Positions 7,434-16,229 of a stretch of 32,000 nucleotides of DNA are shown in pieces. The notes beneath the pieces were generated by a model. It ran no database searches and had not been told where the DNA came from. It saw only the letters and a program-made list of their open reading frames with translations. Each line of letters begins with the position of its first letter. The stretch's first letter is position 1. Position numbers and translations under genes: made by a program. This stretch comes from Chloroflexota bacterium (GTDB lineage: Bacteria > Chloroflexota > Anaerolineae > UBA4142), in assembly GCA_037440365.1 (NCBI GenBank), contig JBBIUF010000019.1, positions 1 through 32,000 on the forward strand. Direction: 5' to 3'.

Positions 7434-7477
7434 TTGACACAGCAGAAGCATCGGCATAAAATTCAATATAGATTGAA
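7434..7477 (+). promoter_or_regulatory. ars promoter (-35/-10) with overlapping operator-like inverted repeat
   Basis: TTGACA (7434-7439), a 17-nt spacer and TAAAAT (7457-7462). The inverted repeat TTCAAT-atag-ATTGAA (7462-7477) overlaps the -10 and the expected start site, 28 nt before the arsR GTG. This is the classic layout for ArsR/SmtB autorepression. Confidence 0.55.
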
Positions 7478-7504
7478 CTATTTGGACGATGAAAGGATGC
7501 GAGC

Positions 7505-7891
7505 GTGGGCAATGCTAAACTAGCTGACATTGCGCAGATCATGAAAATCCTCGGCGACCCGTCGCGTTTGGCGATTTTCAATTTGCTCATGCAAGGTGTG
7601 CAATGCAATTGCGAGCTGGGCAACAAGCTCAACCTACCGATGAATCTCATTTCGCATCACCTCAAAGTGTTGCGCGTGGCAGGCTGGGTGAACGCCGCGC
7701 GCGATCCAACTGACGCGCGTTGGATTTATTATTCAGTGAACGATCAAGTGCTGGAGCAACTGCGCGGGCAATTAAATCAATTTCTGGACGCGCGGCGGAT
7801 TCAACCGCGTCAGCCAGTGTGTGGACCACATGCACTTGCGAAAAAACCACCCCAATCCTATCGTTCAATGACTAACCGGAGGCAATCTTGA
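7505..7891 (+). CDS. arsR: ArsR/SmtB-family metalloregulatory repressor
   Basis: ADIAQIMKILGDPSRLAIFNLLMQGVQCNCELGNKLNLPMNLISHHLKVLRVAGWV is a winged HTH. It carries a Cys pair (CNC) at the position of the As(III) site just before the recognition helix. GTG start with AAAGGA 8 nt upstream. First gene of the ars operon. Confidence 0.9.
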   Translation: MGNAKLADIAQIMKILGDPSRLAIFNLLMQGVQCNCELGNKLNLPMNLISHHLKVLRVAGWVNAARDPTDARWIYYSVNDQVLEQLRGQLNQFLDARRIQPRQPVCGPHALAKKPPQSYRSMTNRRQS

Positions 7892-8319
7892 AACGTCGGG
7901 TTCTGTTTTTGTGCACCGGAAATTCAGCGCGTAGTCAGATCGCCGAAGCACTCGTGAATCATCAGCGCGGCGACCAATGGCAAGCGTTCTCGGCTGGGAC
8001 ACGCCCCACCGGTAGCGTGCACCCATTCGCAATTGAGGTGATGCGTGAAATTGGCGTGGACATTGCCAACGCCCACAGTAAATCCACGGATGAATTTCGC
8101 AACGCCGCGTTCGATCAAGTTGTGACGGTGTGCGATCATGCGGCGGCGGATTGTCCCGTGTGGCTGGGTCAGGGCAAACGCACGCACATCGGTTTTCCTG
8201 ATCCCGCACGTGGCACGCTGGCTGATTTTCGCGCAACCCGCGACGCCATTCAAACTCGCGTCATTCCATTTTTGGATGCCCAATCAGATGAGCTGGCGCG
8301 AGCTGAGGTGGATCAATGA
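7888..8319 (+). CDS. arsC: Arsenate reductase, LMW-PTP type (thioredoxin-coupled clade)
   Basis: The P-loop is VLFLCTGNSARSQIAEA. The distal Cys pair is VTVCDHAAADC. The TTG start overlaps the arsR stop (TTGA). Confidence 0.9.
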   Translation: MKRRVLFLCTGNSARSQIAEALVNHQRGDQWQAFSAGTRPTGSVHPFAIEVMREIGVDIANAHSKSTDEFRNAAFDQVVTVCDHAAADCPVWLGQGKRTHIGFPDPARGTLADFRATRDAIQTRVIPFLDAQSDELARAEVDQ

Positions 8320-9569
8320 GTGGCGCGCAAACATTTTGGGCGGACGTAGATGACCAAGGTCGGCTTGCGTTACCCGCCGAACTCGTCGCGCAATACGGCT
8401 TGACGCCGGGCGCGCGTCTGCGAATTGATAGCGAAACGAATAGCGTGCGCCTGCATCGCCCAGTGACCCAGCTCGTCAAACTCTACATCGAACCGACCAG
8501 TCGGTGTAATCTCACCTGCCGCACCTGTATGCGCAACACATGGGATGAGCCGCTCGGTTCGATGACCATGCCAACGTTTGATCGCATTGTGCAGGGGCTA
8601 GCCCAGTTGACGACCCCGCCGACGATCATGTTTGCCGGGATTGGCGAGCCAACCGCGCATCGTCGGTTGGTCGAGATGATTCAACGCGTCAAAGCGCTGG
8701 GGTCTAGTGTCGAGCTGACCACGAATGGCACGTTGTTGACCGAGGAACGTTCGCGGCAATTGATCGCCGCGGGGTTGGATGTGTTGTGGGTTTCGCTTGA
8801 CGGGGCAACGCCGGAGAGTTACGCCGATGTGCGTTTGGGCGCGCAGTTACCTCACGTGATTGAAAATCTTTCGCGCTTGCGCAAATTGCGCCGCGGGGCG
8901 CACCATCCCAAACCGGAAATCGGGATTGCGTTTGTCGCCATGAAACGGAACATTAACGATCTCCCGCGCGTGTTGGCGCTGGGTCGCTCGGTCGGCGCAA
9001 AACTTTTTTCGGTCAGCAACGTTCTGCCGTATACCGCCGAGATGCGCGATGAATTGCTCTATGCACGCACGTTGATGGACATTACCTATTTTTCATCGTC
9101 TTGGTTACCGCGTCTCAGTTTGCCCAAGATGGATATTAACGAAACAACGCGCGATGCGTTTTTTAGCGCATTGAACAGCGGCGCCAGTGTCACCTTTGCC
9201 GGCAATAAATTGAGCGGCGCGAATGATGTCTGCGGATTTATCGAAGGCGGCGCGATGGCGATTGGGTGGAATGGCAATGTGAGTCCTTGCCCACCGCTGT
9301 TGCATAATCATGTGGTTTATTTGCGCGAACGCCAGCGCGCGCTCCGCCGTCATATCATTGGCAATTTGAACGAGCGCGACCTGGTGGATTTGTGGGCGGA
9401 TCCCGCTTACGTGGCTTATCGCGAGCGCGTGCAAGGGTTCGGTTTCGCGCCTTGCACATTTTGCGGCGGCTGTGACATGCTGGATTCCAACACCGAGGAC
9501 TGTCTCAGCAATCAATTCCCGGTTTGTGGCGGATGTTTGTGGGCGCAAGGCGTGATCCAGTGTCCATAA
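8316..9569 (+). CDS. Radical SAM enzyme with SPASM-type C-terminal Cys-rich domain and N-terminal AbrB/SpoVT-like domain
   Basis: CNLTCRTC is the CxxxCxxC cluster, followed by GIGEPT. The C-terminal region reads CGFIEGGAMAIGWNGNVSPC, then CTFCGGCDMLDSNTEDC and CGGCLWAQGVIQC. The N-terminal segment GRLALPAELVAQYGLTPGARLRIDSETNSVRL is AbrB-like. The ATG overlaps the arsC stop (ATGA). Confidence 0.85.
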   Translation: MSGAQTFWADVDDQGRLALPAELVAQYGLTPGARLRIDSETNSVRLHRPVTQLVKLYIEPTSRCNLTCRTCMRNTWDEPLGSMTMPTFDRIVQGLAQLTTPPTIMFAGIGEPTAHRRLVEMIQRVKALGSSVELTTNGTLLTEERSRQLIAAGLDVLWVSLDGATPESYADVRLGAQLPHVIENLSRLRKLRRGAHHPKPEIGIAFVAMKRNINDLPRVLALGRSVGAKLFSVSNVLPYTAEMRDELLYARTLMDITYFSSSWLPRLSLPKMDINETTRDAFFSALNSGASVTFAGNKLSGANDVCGFIEGGAMAIGWNGNVSPCPPLLHNHVVYLRERQRALRRHIIGNLNERDLVDLWADPAYVAYRERVQGFGFAPCTFCGGCDMLDSNTEDCLSNQFPVCGGCLWAQGVIQCP

Positions 9570-9617
9570 CATCTGCATCGAACCGGTGTGGCATAATCAA
9601 CTCAAGGAGAATGGAAT

Positions 9618-10712
9618 ATGCACCAAGCAACTGCAGTGACGCAATCGCAAAGCAATGTATTTGAACAGCTCTCCTGGCTTGATCGTTTTTTGCCGCTCTG
9701 GATTTTTGCGGCTATGGCACTCGGCATCCTGCTCGGCGCGGTCGCGCCCGGCATCAAGGCTGTGTTCAACGCGCTTTCGATTGGAACCGTATCGCTCCCG
9801 ATTGCAATCGGTTTATTGTGGATGATGTATCCCGTCCTGGCTAAAGTCAAGTATGAAGAACTAGGCAAGATCGCTCAAGCGTGGGAGCAATTCGGCGTCT
9901 CGTTAATCCTGAACTGGATCATTGGTCCGATCATCATGTTTGCGCTCGCGTGGATTTTTCTGCCTGACCTGCCGCACTTTCGCACTGGCTTGATCATCAC
10001 CGGTTTGGCGCGGTGTATTGCGATGGTCCTGATCTGGAACATGCTCGCCGGCGGCGACAGCGAATACTGCGCGGTGCTGGTCGCGCTGAATAGCATTTTC
10101 CAAATCGTGATGTACTCACCGCTGGCATATTTCTTCCTGGTCATTGTGCCGGGATGGTTTGGCGTGCCAGGCACCGTCGTCAACATTGAGATGGGCGACA
10201 TTGCCAAAAGCGTCTTGATCTTTTTAGGGATTCCACTCGCGGCAGGTATTTTCACACGCTTTTATTTTCTGCGCACCCGCGGCACGGTATGGTATGAAAC
10301 GCGCCTGATGCCGCGCCTGGGTCCAACCGCCATGGTCGGTTTATTATTTACAATTGTCGTCATGTTCTCAATGCAAGGCGACAAGATTCTCGCCGCGCCG
10401 CTCGACGTAGTGCGCGTGGCGATCCCGCTATTAGCATATTTCGTCATCATGTTCTTTACATCATTCGCGTTATCACTCTGGCGCAAATTCCCGTACGAAC
10501 TCGCGGCAACGCAATCGTTCACGGCGGCAAGCAACAATTTTGAATTGGCGATTGCGGTCGCGGTCGGCACCTTTACGATCGCGTCGCAAGAAGCGCTCGC
10601 GGCGGTGATTGGTCCGCTGATCGAAGTGCCGGTACTGATCGGCTTGGTCTATGTGGCGCTGTGGCTTAAACGAACCTGGTTCGCCAGCGCGCCAACACAA
10701 TCGGCAAGCTAA
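9618..10712 (+). CDS. acr3: ACR3-family arsenite efflux permease
   Basis: 364 aa, about ten hydrophobic helices. The N-terminus LSWLDRFLPLWIFAAMALGILLG and the segment GLARCIAMVLIWN (conserved Cys) are typical of Acr3/ArsB(ACR3). GGAGAA lies upstream of the ATG. Confidence 0.9.
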   Translation: MHQATAVTQSQSNVFEQLSWLDRFLPLWIFAAMALGILLGAVAPGIKAVFNALSIGTVSLPIAIGLLWMMYPVLAKVKYEELGKIAQAWEQFGVSLILNWIIGPIIMFALAWIFLPDLPHFRTGLIITGLARCIAMVLIWNMLAGGDSEYCAVLVALNSIFQIVMYSPLAYFFLVIVPGWFGVPGTVVNIEMGDIAKSVLIFLGIPLAAGIFTRFYFLRTRGTVWYETRLMPRLGPTAMVGLLFTIVVMFSMQGDKILAAPLDVVRVAIPLLAYFVIMFFTSFALSLWRKFPYELAATQSFTAASNNFELAIAVAVGTFTIASQEALAAVIGPLIEVPVLIGLVYVALWLKRTWFASAPTQSAS

Positions 10713-10752
10713 ACCCAGCGATAGAAATAAATTTTGATTAAGGAAAATCCCA

Positions 10753-11502
10753 ATGACAAACCTGATCGCGCCCGATCAAATTCGGCAAGCGGTTCAAACG
10801 CATTACGCCGACCTGGCACGCAATGCAACCCCGTGTTGCGAACCCAGCGCGTGTGATTGCCATTCCAACTATCCCGATCCGCTGGCGAATGCCGTGCCGG
10901 CAGACATTGCCAATTTTTCGCTCGGTTGCGGCGATCCGATCACGCTTGCCGCGCTCCAGCCCGGCGAGACCGTGATCGATCTCGGATCAGGCGGCGGCTT
11001 GGATTGCTTTCTTGCCGCGCAACGGGTTGGCGCAACCGGGCACGTCATCGGCGTGGATATGACGCCGGAAATGTTAGCCAAAGCGCGTGGGAATGCGGAA
11101 CGAATGGGGATCGCGAATGTCGAATTTCGTAACGGATACATTGAACATTTGCCTGTGGCTGACGGCGAAGCAGATGTCGTAATCTCAAATTGCGTGATCA
11201 ATCTGTCGCCCGACAAGTCCCAAGTCTTTCGCGATATTTATCGCGCTCTGCGATCCGGCGGACGCCTCTCGGTGTCGGATATTGTCACGCATGGCGACTT
11301 GCCGGAACTCGTGCAAAAAAGTATGGAAGCCTGGGGCGCATGTGTCGCAGGCGCGTTAGATGTCAAGGACTATATCGGCGGCTTGCGAACCGCCGGGTTT
11401 GTGGATATTCACGTCGAGCCCAAAGGCAAGTTTGATGCAGGATTATCCAATTTGCCAATTCACGCGCCGTTCTCGGCAAGCATCACCGCGCGCAAACCCT
11501 GA
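10753..11502 (+). CDS. arsM: Arsenite S-adenosylmethionine methyltransferase
   Basis: SAM motif I is VIDLGSGGGLDCF. DVVISNCVINLSPDK carries the conserved Cys, and GACVAGAL follows. N-terminal Cys residues (PCCEPSACDC, GCGDP) are present. Last gene of the ars cluster. Confidence 0.85.
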   Translation: MTNLIAPDQIRQAVQTHYADLARNATPCCEPSACDCHSNYPDPLANAVPADIANFSLGCGDPITLAALQPGETVIDLGSGGGLDCFLAAQRVGATGHVIGVDMTPEMLAKARGNAERMGIANVEFRNGYIEHLPVADGEADVVISNCVINLSPDKSQVFRDIYRALRSGGRLSVSDIVTHGDLPELVQKSMEAWGACVAGALDVKDYIGGLRTAGFVDIHVEPKGKFDAGLSNLPIHAPFSASITARKP

Positions 11503-11642
11503 TCATCCCTGCCGAACAAATCTCCGCGTAGCAAGTCGCGCGGTTCGGCAACGCTCAAACAAAAAACAAAATCCAGCGGTCAAAAACGCAAAGACAACAC
11601 GCGTGTTATCGTCCTGAGTGATGCTAATGGGATCAGTACTAT

Positions 11643-11671
11643 TTGTCACTCGTTCGATTCGCCGTTATAAT
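11643..11671 (+). promoter_or_regulatory. Candidate promoter giving a leaderless transcript for the CPBP protease gene
   Basis: TTGTCA (11643-11648), a 17-nt spacer and TATAAT (11666-11671). ATG 11678 begins 7 nt after the -10 and has no SD upstream. Confidence 0.4.
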
Positions 11672-11677
11672 CGCGGC

Positions 11678-12439
11678 ATGAATCCTACCGAGACCAATCC
11701 GCTACTGATTGCGCCAATGCCGCGTGGCACAATCGCCCCCTGGGGCTGGCGCGACATGCTCGCCGCAATTGCGGTTGCGGCATTCGGCGTGCTTGGGCTC
11801 AATCTCATTGTCGTCGGGGTCATGCGCCTCACCGGAATCAAACTCACCGACAATGGCAGTGTGTTGGCAATCTTTGCGATTGTCCAAGACCTCATCGTCG
11901 TCGGCACGGCGTGGCTCTTTAGCATCGCGCGGCATCGCGTGGGCTGGAGCGCACTGGGCGTGCGGCGCTATCCAGTCGCACTCGGTTGCGCGCTTAGCGT
12001 GGCGTTACTCATTGCCGCCTACTTGGTGCGAATTGTTTACGTCGCCGTTGCGCTGGCACTCGGCGTCAAGTTGCAAACACAAGACGTGTTGAATCGGCTG
12101 GATACGAACGGCGCGGCGTTTCTGCTCACCTTTCTTGCCGTAGCCATTGTGGCACCCATCGCCGAAGAAATTTTCTTTCGTGGATTTTTATACGGCGGTT
12201 TGCGTGGGCGTATAGGGGTCATCGGCGCGGTGATCGTGAGCGCCTTGTTTTTCACCATCTTGCATTTCACACTCGATCAATTCATTCCGATTTTTGTCCT
12301 CGGCGTTTTTCTCGCCGGATTATACGAAACGACCGGTTCACTCTGGCCGGGCATTTTTCTCCACGCCGCAAACAATGGCATCTCGCTAATCTTGCTAGCA
12401 GTTCTCCGCGCGGCCGGTTTCCCGCTTCAAGCCCCCTGA
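11678..12439 (+). CDS. CPBP-family (CAAX-type) intramembrane glutamic endopeptidase
   Basis: Motifs EEIFFRGFLY, FFTILH and FLHAANN sit in a polytopic protein. The ORF track starts at GTG 11618. I prefer ATG 11678 because of the promoter geometry, but the start is uncertain. Confidence 0.8.
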   Translation: MNPTETNPLLIAPMPRGTIAPWGWRDMLAAIAVAAFGVLGLNLIVVGVMRLTGIKLTDNGSVLAIFAIVQDLIVVGTAWLFSIARHRVGWSALGVRRYPVALGCALSVALLIAAYLVRIVYVAVALALGVKLQTQDVLNRLDTNGAAFLLTFLAVAIVAPIAEEIFFRGFLYGGLRGRIGVIGAVIVSALFFTILHFTLDQFIPIFVLGVFLAGLYETTGSLWPGIFLHAANNGISLILLAVLRAAGFPLQAP

Positions 12440-12535
12440 TGAAAACGCGCCGGCTCCCCGATACCCGCCGCCAGTCAGTTGACCACACAACGCGCTGGGC
12501 CAACTTGAACGCCAAGCGGCTTGTCGTTTTTCACA

Positions 12536-12564
12536 TTGCCAAAAGTGTTTAATTCTGGTAAAAT
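12536..12564 (+). promoter_or_regulatory. Promoter for tRNA-Leu
   Basis: TTGCCA (12536-12541), a 17-nt spacer ending in an extended -10 TGg, and TAAAAT (12559-12564). The tRNA 5' end lies 13 nt downstream. Confidence 0.55.
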
Positions 12565-12576
12565 GTCCGCGCACTA

Positions 12577-12663
12577 GGGGACGTGTCGAAATTGGCAGCC
12601 GAGCATGGCTTAGGACCATGTGGGCGTAAGCTCGTGAGAGTTCGAGTCTCTCCGTCCCCACCA
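12577..12663 (+). tRNA. tRNA-Leu, anticodon UAG, class II (long variable arm), CCA encoded
   Basis: Folded by hand. Acceptor stem GGGGACG / CGTCCCC. D-arm TCG-aaattggcagc-CGA. Anticodon stem CATGG / CCATG with loop CTTAGGA (TAG at 12611-12613). Variable arm of 15 nt. T-arm GAGAG-TTCGAGT-CTCTC. Discriminator A followed by CCA. Confidence 0.9.
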
Positions 12664-12692
12664 GATCACAAATTGGAGATAAGGAAACCGAC

Positions 12693-14150
12693 GTGAAAGT
12701 AACCACAGAACGCACTCCCGATTGTAATGCCGTCATCACCGTTGAGGTGGATGAAGACCAAATCGCACGCGCCATGCGCACGGTCGCACAAAAAGTTTCG
12801 CGCGCGCGCCCAATTCCTGGCTTTCGCCCGGGCAAAGCGCCGTACGAGCGCGTCGAACGCGCGGTCGGCAAAAACGTGTTGCGCGACGAAGCCATCGAAG
12901 ACCTTGCCAAATCGTTGTACCAACAAGTTTTGGTAGACGAGAAAATTGACCTTTACGATGCAGGCTCGCTCGACATTCCGCAAAAAGAGCCGCTGATCTT
13001 GAAATTTACGGTACCTACGCGCCCCGTCGTGACGCTCGGCGATTACCGCGCCGTGCACGCGCAACCCAAGCCGGTAGACGTGACCGACGACGAAGTGACC
13101 CAGGTCATTGCCCGCTTTCAAAACGAGCAAGCGGAACTTGTGCCCGTCACCCGCCCAATCCAACTCGACGACTTGGTGACTGCAGACCTGAACGGTGGGC
13201 CAGAAGGCGAAGAGGCCACCGAGCGCACCGGCTTGCAACTCCGCATCAAAGCAGAGATCGGCGCTTTTCCATGGATCGAACAACTCGTCGGCGCAAACGC
13301 CAACGAGCCCAAGACGATCACGTACACATATCCCGCCGATGATCCGGCGACCAATTTCGCCGGCAAGACCGTCAATTACACCGTCACGATTACTGACGTT
13401 AAAGAATCGAAATTGCCGGAACTCAACGATGAATTTGCAAAATCGATCAGCGCGCTCGAAACGATGGACGCGCTCAAATCCACCGTGCGCGCCAATTTGC
13501 TGGCGCAGAAACAAACGGAAGAAAACAACCGGTTTGCCGATGAAATAGTGGACACGGTTGTGGATCAAGCGCAGATCGCGTTCCCCACATTAATGGTAGA
13601 CGATGAAGTCAATCACGAATTGGCACGCTCGAAAGACATTGCCCAACAACTGAGTTTGACCTGGGACAAGTATTTGGAATTGTCCGGCAAGACCGAAGCC
13701 GAATTTCGTGAGACCGTTCGCCCGCGCGCCGAGCGCCGGATCAAACGCTTACTGACCTTGATGGAATTGGCAGAAGCGGAAAAAATTACGGTGAGCGCGA
13801 AAGATGTGGACGTAGAAATTGATTATCGCGCTATGCAAGCCGCGCAAAATGGCGAACGCGCCGATCAAACTCGCCGCGCGTTATCCACCAAAGAATCACG
13901 GCGCGACATCGAGTTCAGTGTGCGCATGGGCAAAGCCATCGACCATGTCGTCGCGATGGCAAAAGGCGAACCGACCAGCGGCTTGATCGTCACGCCAGAA
14001 TCGCTCCGCGCTGAAGAGCAAGCCCGCGCCCAAGCCGCCAACGCCGCCGCGCCCGCACCCATCAGCTTGATCACCGATCCCGCGCAAGTCACCGGTGAAA
14101 ATTTACCCAGCAGTCTCGGTCGCGTACTAGTGCCGGGGCAAGATCAATAA
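12693..14150 (+). CDS. tig: Trigger factor
   Basis: The N-terminal ribosome-binding signature is PGFRPGKAPYERVER. Length, acidic composition and position upstream of clpP-clpX all fit. GTG start preceded by GGAGATAAGGA. Confidence 0.9.
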   Translation: MKVTTERTPDCNAVITVEVDEDQIARAMRTVAQKVSRARPIPGFRPGKAPYERVERAVGKNVLRDEAIEDLAKSLYQQVLVDEKIDLYDAGSLDIPQKEPLILKFTVPTRPVVTLGDYRAVHAQPKPVDVTDDEVTQVIARFQNEQAELVPVTRPIQLDDLVTADLNGGPEGEEATERTGLQLRIKAEIGAFPWIEQLVGANANEPKTITYTYPADDPATNFAGKTVNYTVTITDVKESKLPELNDEFAKSISALETMDALKSTVRANLLAQKQTEENNRFADEIVDTVVDQAQIAFPTLMVDDEVNHELARSKDIAQQLSLTWDKYLELSGKTEAEFRETVRPRAERRIKRLLTLMELAEAEKITVSAKDVDVEIDYRAMQAAQNGERADQTRRALSTKESRRDIEFSVRMGKAIDHVVAMAKGEPTSGLIVTPESLRAEEQARAQAANAAAPAPISLITDPAQVTGENLPSSLGRVLVPGQDQ

Positions 14151-14224
14151 GCGCGTCAAAAATAAATCGGGCCGTGTGAGCAAAAGCCAGACAAACACGC
14201 GGCACTGAAATCAAAGGAGTCACC

Positions 14225-14851
14225 ATGGATAACCCAATTCGTTCGCCGTATAACGTCATCCCGATGGTGGTTGAAAACACGGGACGGGGCGAGCGCGTGT
14301 TCGATATTTTCTCGTTGTTGTTGAAAGAGCGCATCATCTTTCTTGGCACACCGATTGACGCTCACGTGGCCAACCTCGTCGTCGCGCAAATGTTGTTCCT
14401 GGATCGCGAAGACCCGGAAAAAGAAATTCGCATCTATATCAACTGCCCAGGCGGCTCGATCACCGCGGGCTTGGCAATGTATGACACGATGCAAATCGTG
14501 AGCGCGCCCGTCTCGACGATCTGCGTTGGCTTGGCGGCAAGCATGGGTACGGTTCTGCTCTCCGCCGGACAAAAGGGCCGGCGCTACGCCTTACCCAATT
14601 CGACGATTCACATTCACCAACCCTGGGGCGGCGCGCAAGGTCAAGCCGTTGACATTGAGATCGAAGCGCGGCGCATCATGCGCGAACGCGAACGCCTGAA
14701 TGAAATGTTATCGAAAAATACAGGCCAGCCGCTCGAACGCATCGTGCATGACACGGACCGGAACTATTACATGGATGCGTCCGAAGCCGTCGAATATGGT
14801 CTCATTGACGAAGTGTTGACCAGCCCCAAAGCCAAAGCCGCAAACGCATAG
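14225..14851 (+). CDS. clpP: ATP-dependent Clp protease proteolytic subunit
   Basis: [36 protein letters not shown] (catalytic Ser), IHQP (His) and [21 protein letters not shown] lies upstream of the ATG. Confidence 0.95.
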   Translation: MDNPIRSPYNVIPMVVENTGRGERVFDIFSLLLKERIIFLGTPIDAHVANLVVAQMLFLDREDPEKEIRIYINCPGGSITAGLAMYDTMQIVSAPVSTICVGLAASMGTVLLSAGQKGRRYALPNSTIHIHQPWGGAQGQAVDIEIEARRIMRERERLNEMLSKNTGQPLERIVHDTDRNYYMDASEAVEYGLIDEVLTSPKAKAANA

Positions 14852-14863
14852 TCGAACGCTCAA

Positions 14864-14895
14864 GACCTGACCGGTTTTGCAAAACCGGTCAGGTC
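14864..14895. other. Perfect 32-bp palindrome / hairpin between clpP and clpX
   Basis: gacctgaccggtttt-gc-aaaaccggtcaggtc. Arms are 15 bp with no U-tract afterwards. It begins 13 nt after the clpP stop and ends 20 nt before the clpX ATG. Confidence 0.7.
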
Positions 14896-14915
14896 TCGCC
14901 GTTAGGAGAACCACA

Positions 14916-16199
14916 ATGCCGAACCTCCTCAAACGAGGTGAAGAGTATTGTTCATTTTGTAGCCGCAGTTCGGATCAGGTCAATCGCTTGATCGCCGGGC
15001 CGGAATCCGTGTTTATCTGCGATGATTGCGTGGAACTCTGCCGCGAAATCTTGGAAGCCGAAACGACCATCGTCAAAGGCGAAACGATCTCCATTTCCAG
15101 TTTACCCCCGAAAGAAATTTACAAACGGCTGAATCAGTATGTGGTCGGTCAAGACCGCGCGAAAAAAGTCCTCTCGGTCGCCGTCTATAACCATTATAAA
15201 CGGATTCAATCGGGTGCCTCGCCCGATGACATTGAGCTGGGCAAATCAAACATTTTGTTGATCGGTCCGACGGGATGCGGCAAGACCCTGCTCGCGCAAA
15301 CGCTCGCCCGCATTCTCGATGTGCCATTTGCGATTGCCGATGCAACCACCTTGACTGAAGCCGGTTACGTGGGCGAAGACGTGGAAAACATTTTGCTATC
15401 GCTGATCAAAAACGCCGAGGGCGATCTGACACGCGCGCAACGCGGCATCATTTACATTGACGAGATTGACAAGATCGCGCGCAAAGGCGGCGACAGCCCC
15501 TCCATCACGCGCGACGTATCCGGCGAGGGCGTGCAACAAGCCTTGCTGAAAATTTTGGAAGGCACGCTCGCCAATGTGCCGCCCCAAGCCGGACGCAAAC
15601 AGCCCAACCAGGAATACATTCGGCTCGACACGAAAAACATCTTGTTTATTTGCGGCGGCGCGTTTGAAGGACTCGATAAAATTATTTTAGAGCGCACCTC
15701 GGATCGCCGCGCAGTTGGCTTTAAGGGTGATCACGCGCGCGCCGCGCAGGAATTATCGCCAACCGAACTACTCCGCTTGGTCACAGCGGACGACTTGCTT
15801 TCGTTCGGCTTGATCCCGGAGTTTGTCGGGCGTATCCCGGTGATTGCCAGCGTCGATCCGTTGGACGCCGAAATGCTCGTGCAGATTTTGACCGAGCCAA
15901 AGAATTCCATCGTCAAGCAATACCAACGGCTCTTTGCGCTTGATCACGTGGAACTCGAATTCCAGCCCGAGGCGTTGCGCGCCGCCGCTGAAGAAGCTCT
16001 GCGGTATCGTACGGGCGCGCGCGGACTACGCACCATCATCGAAGGCATCCTGCTCGACGTGATGTACGAAATTCCGGGACGCCAAGACATTCACAAGTGC
16101 GTCATCACAGCCGACACCATTCACAATAAAACGCGCCCGCTCCTGCTCACCCAAACCGAACTCCCGGTCGAGTGGCTCGAAGCGCGCAAGACTGGGTAA
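14916..16199 (+). CDS. clpX: ATP-dependent Clp protease ATP-binding subunit ClpX
   Basis: Zinc-binding N-domain CSFCSRS...CDDC, Walker A GPTGCGKT, Walker [10 protein letters not shown], and the LKILEGT and GARGLR motifs. The ORF track starts at TTG 14877 inside the palindrome. ATG 14916 has GGAGAA 5 nt upstream. Confidence 0.95.
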   Translation: MPNLLKRGEEYCSFCSRSSDQVNRLIAGPESVFICDDCVELCREILEAETTIVKGETISISSLPPKEIYKRLNQYVVGQDRAKKVLSVAVYNHYKRIQSGASPDDIELGKSNILLIGPTGCGKTLLAQTLARILDVPFAIADATTLTEAGYVGEDVENILLSLIKNAEGDLTRAQRGIIYIDEIDKIARKGGDSPSITRDVSGEGVQQALLKILEGTLANVPPQAGRKQPNQEYIRLDTKNILFICGGAFEGLDKIILERTSDRRAVGFKGDHARAAQELSPTELLRLVTADDLLSFGLIPEFVGRIPVIASVDPLDAEMLVQILTEPKNSIVKQYQRLFALDHVELEFQPEALRAAAEEALRYRTGARGLRTIIEGILLDVMYEIPGRQDIHKCVITADTIHNKTRPLLLTQTELPVEWLEARKTG

Positions 16200-16229
16200 T
16201 AATTTTCCATCCCTGCTATTGGAGAACTC

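Noticed and set aside
7865-8283. Two minus-strand ORFs (123 and 119 aa) opposite arsC
   Set aside because: They are antisense to a clear LMW-PTP arsenate reductase inside a tightly coupled operon.
7434-12663. ars cluster as a tRNA-flanked genomic island
   Set aside because: tRNA-Leu lies just downstream. But I found no integrase, no transposase and no direct repeat of the tRNA 3' end, and a compositional shift cannot be judged by eye.
12395-13568. Minus-strand ORFs of 171 and 300 aa overlapping tRNA-Leu and tig
   Set aside because: One runs straight through the tRNA gene and its promoter. The other is antisense to trigger factor. Neither has an SD or recognisable motifs.
14877-14915. N-terminal extension of clpX proposed by the ORF track (TTG 14877)
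   Set aside because: The start lies inside the 32-bp palindrome and adds 13 non-conserved residues. ATG 14916 has a proper SD and gives the canonical ClpX zinc-finger N-terminus.
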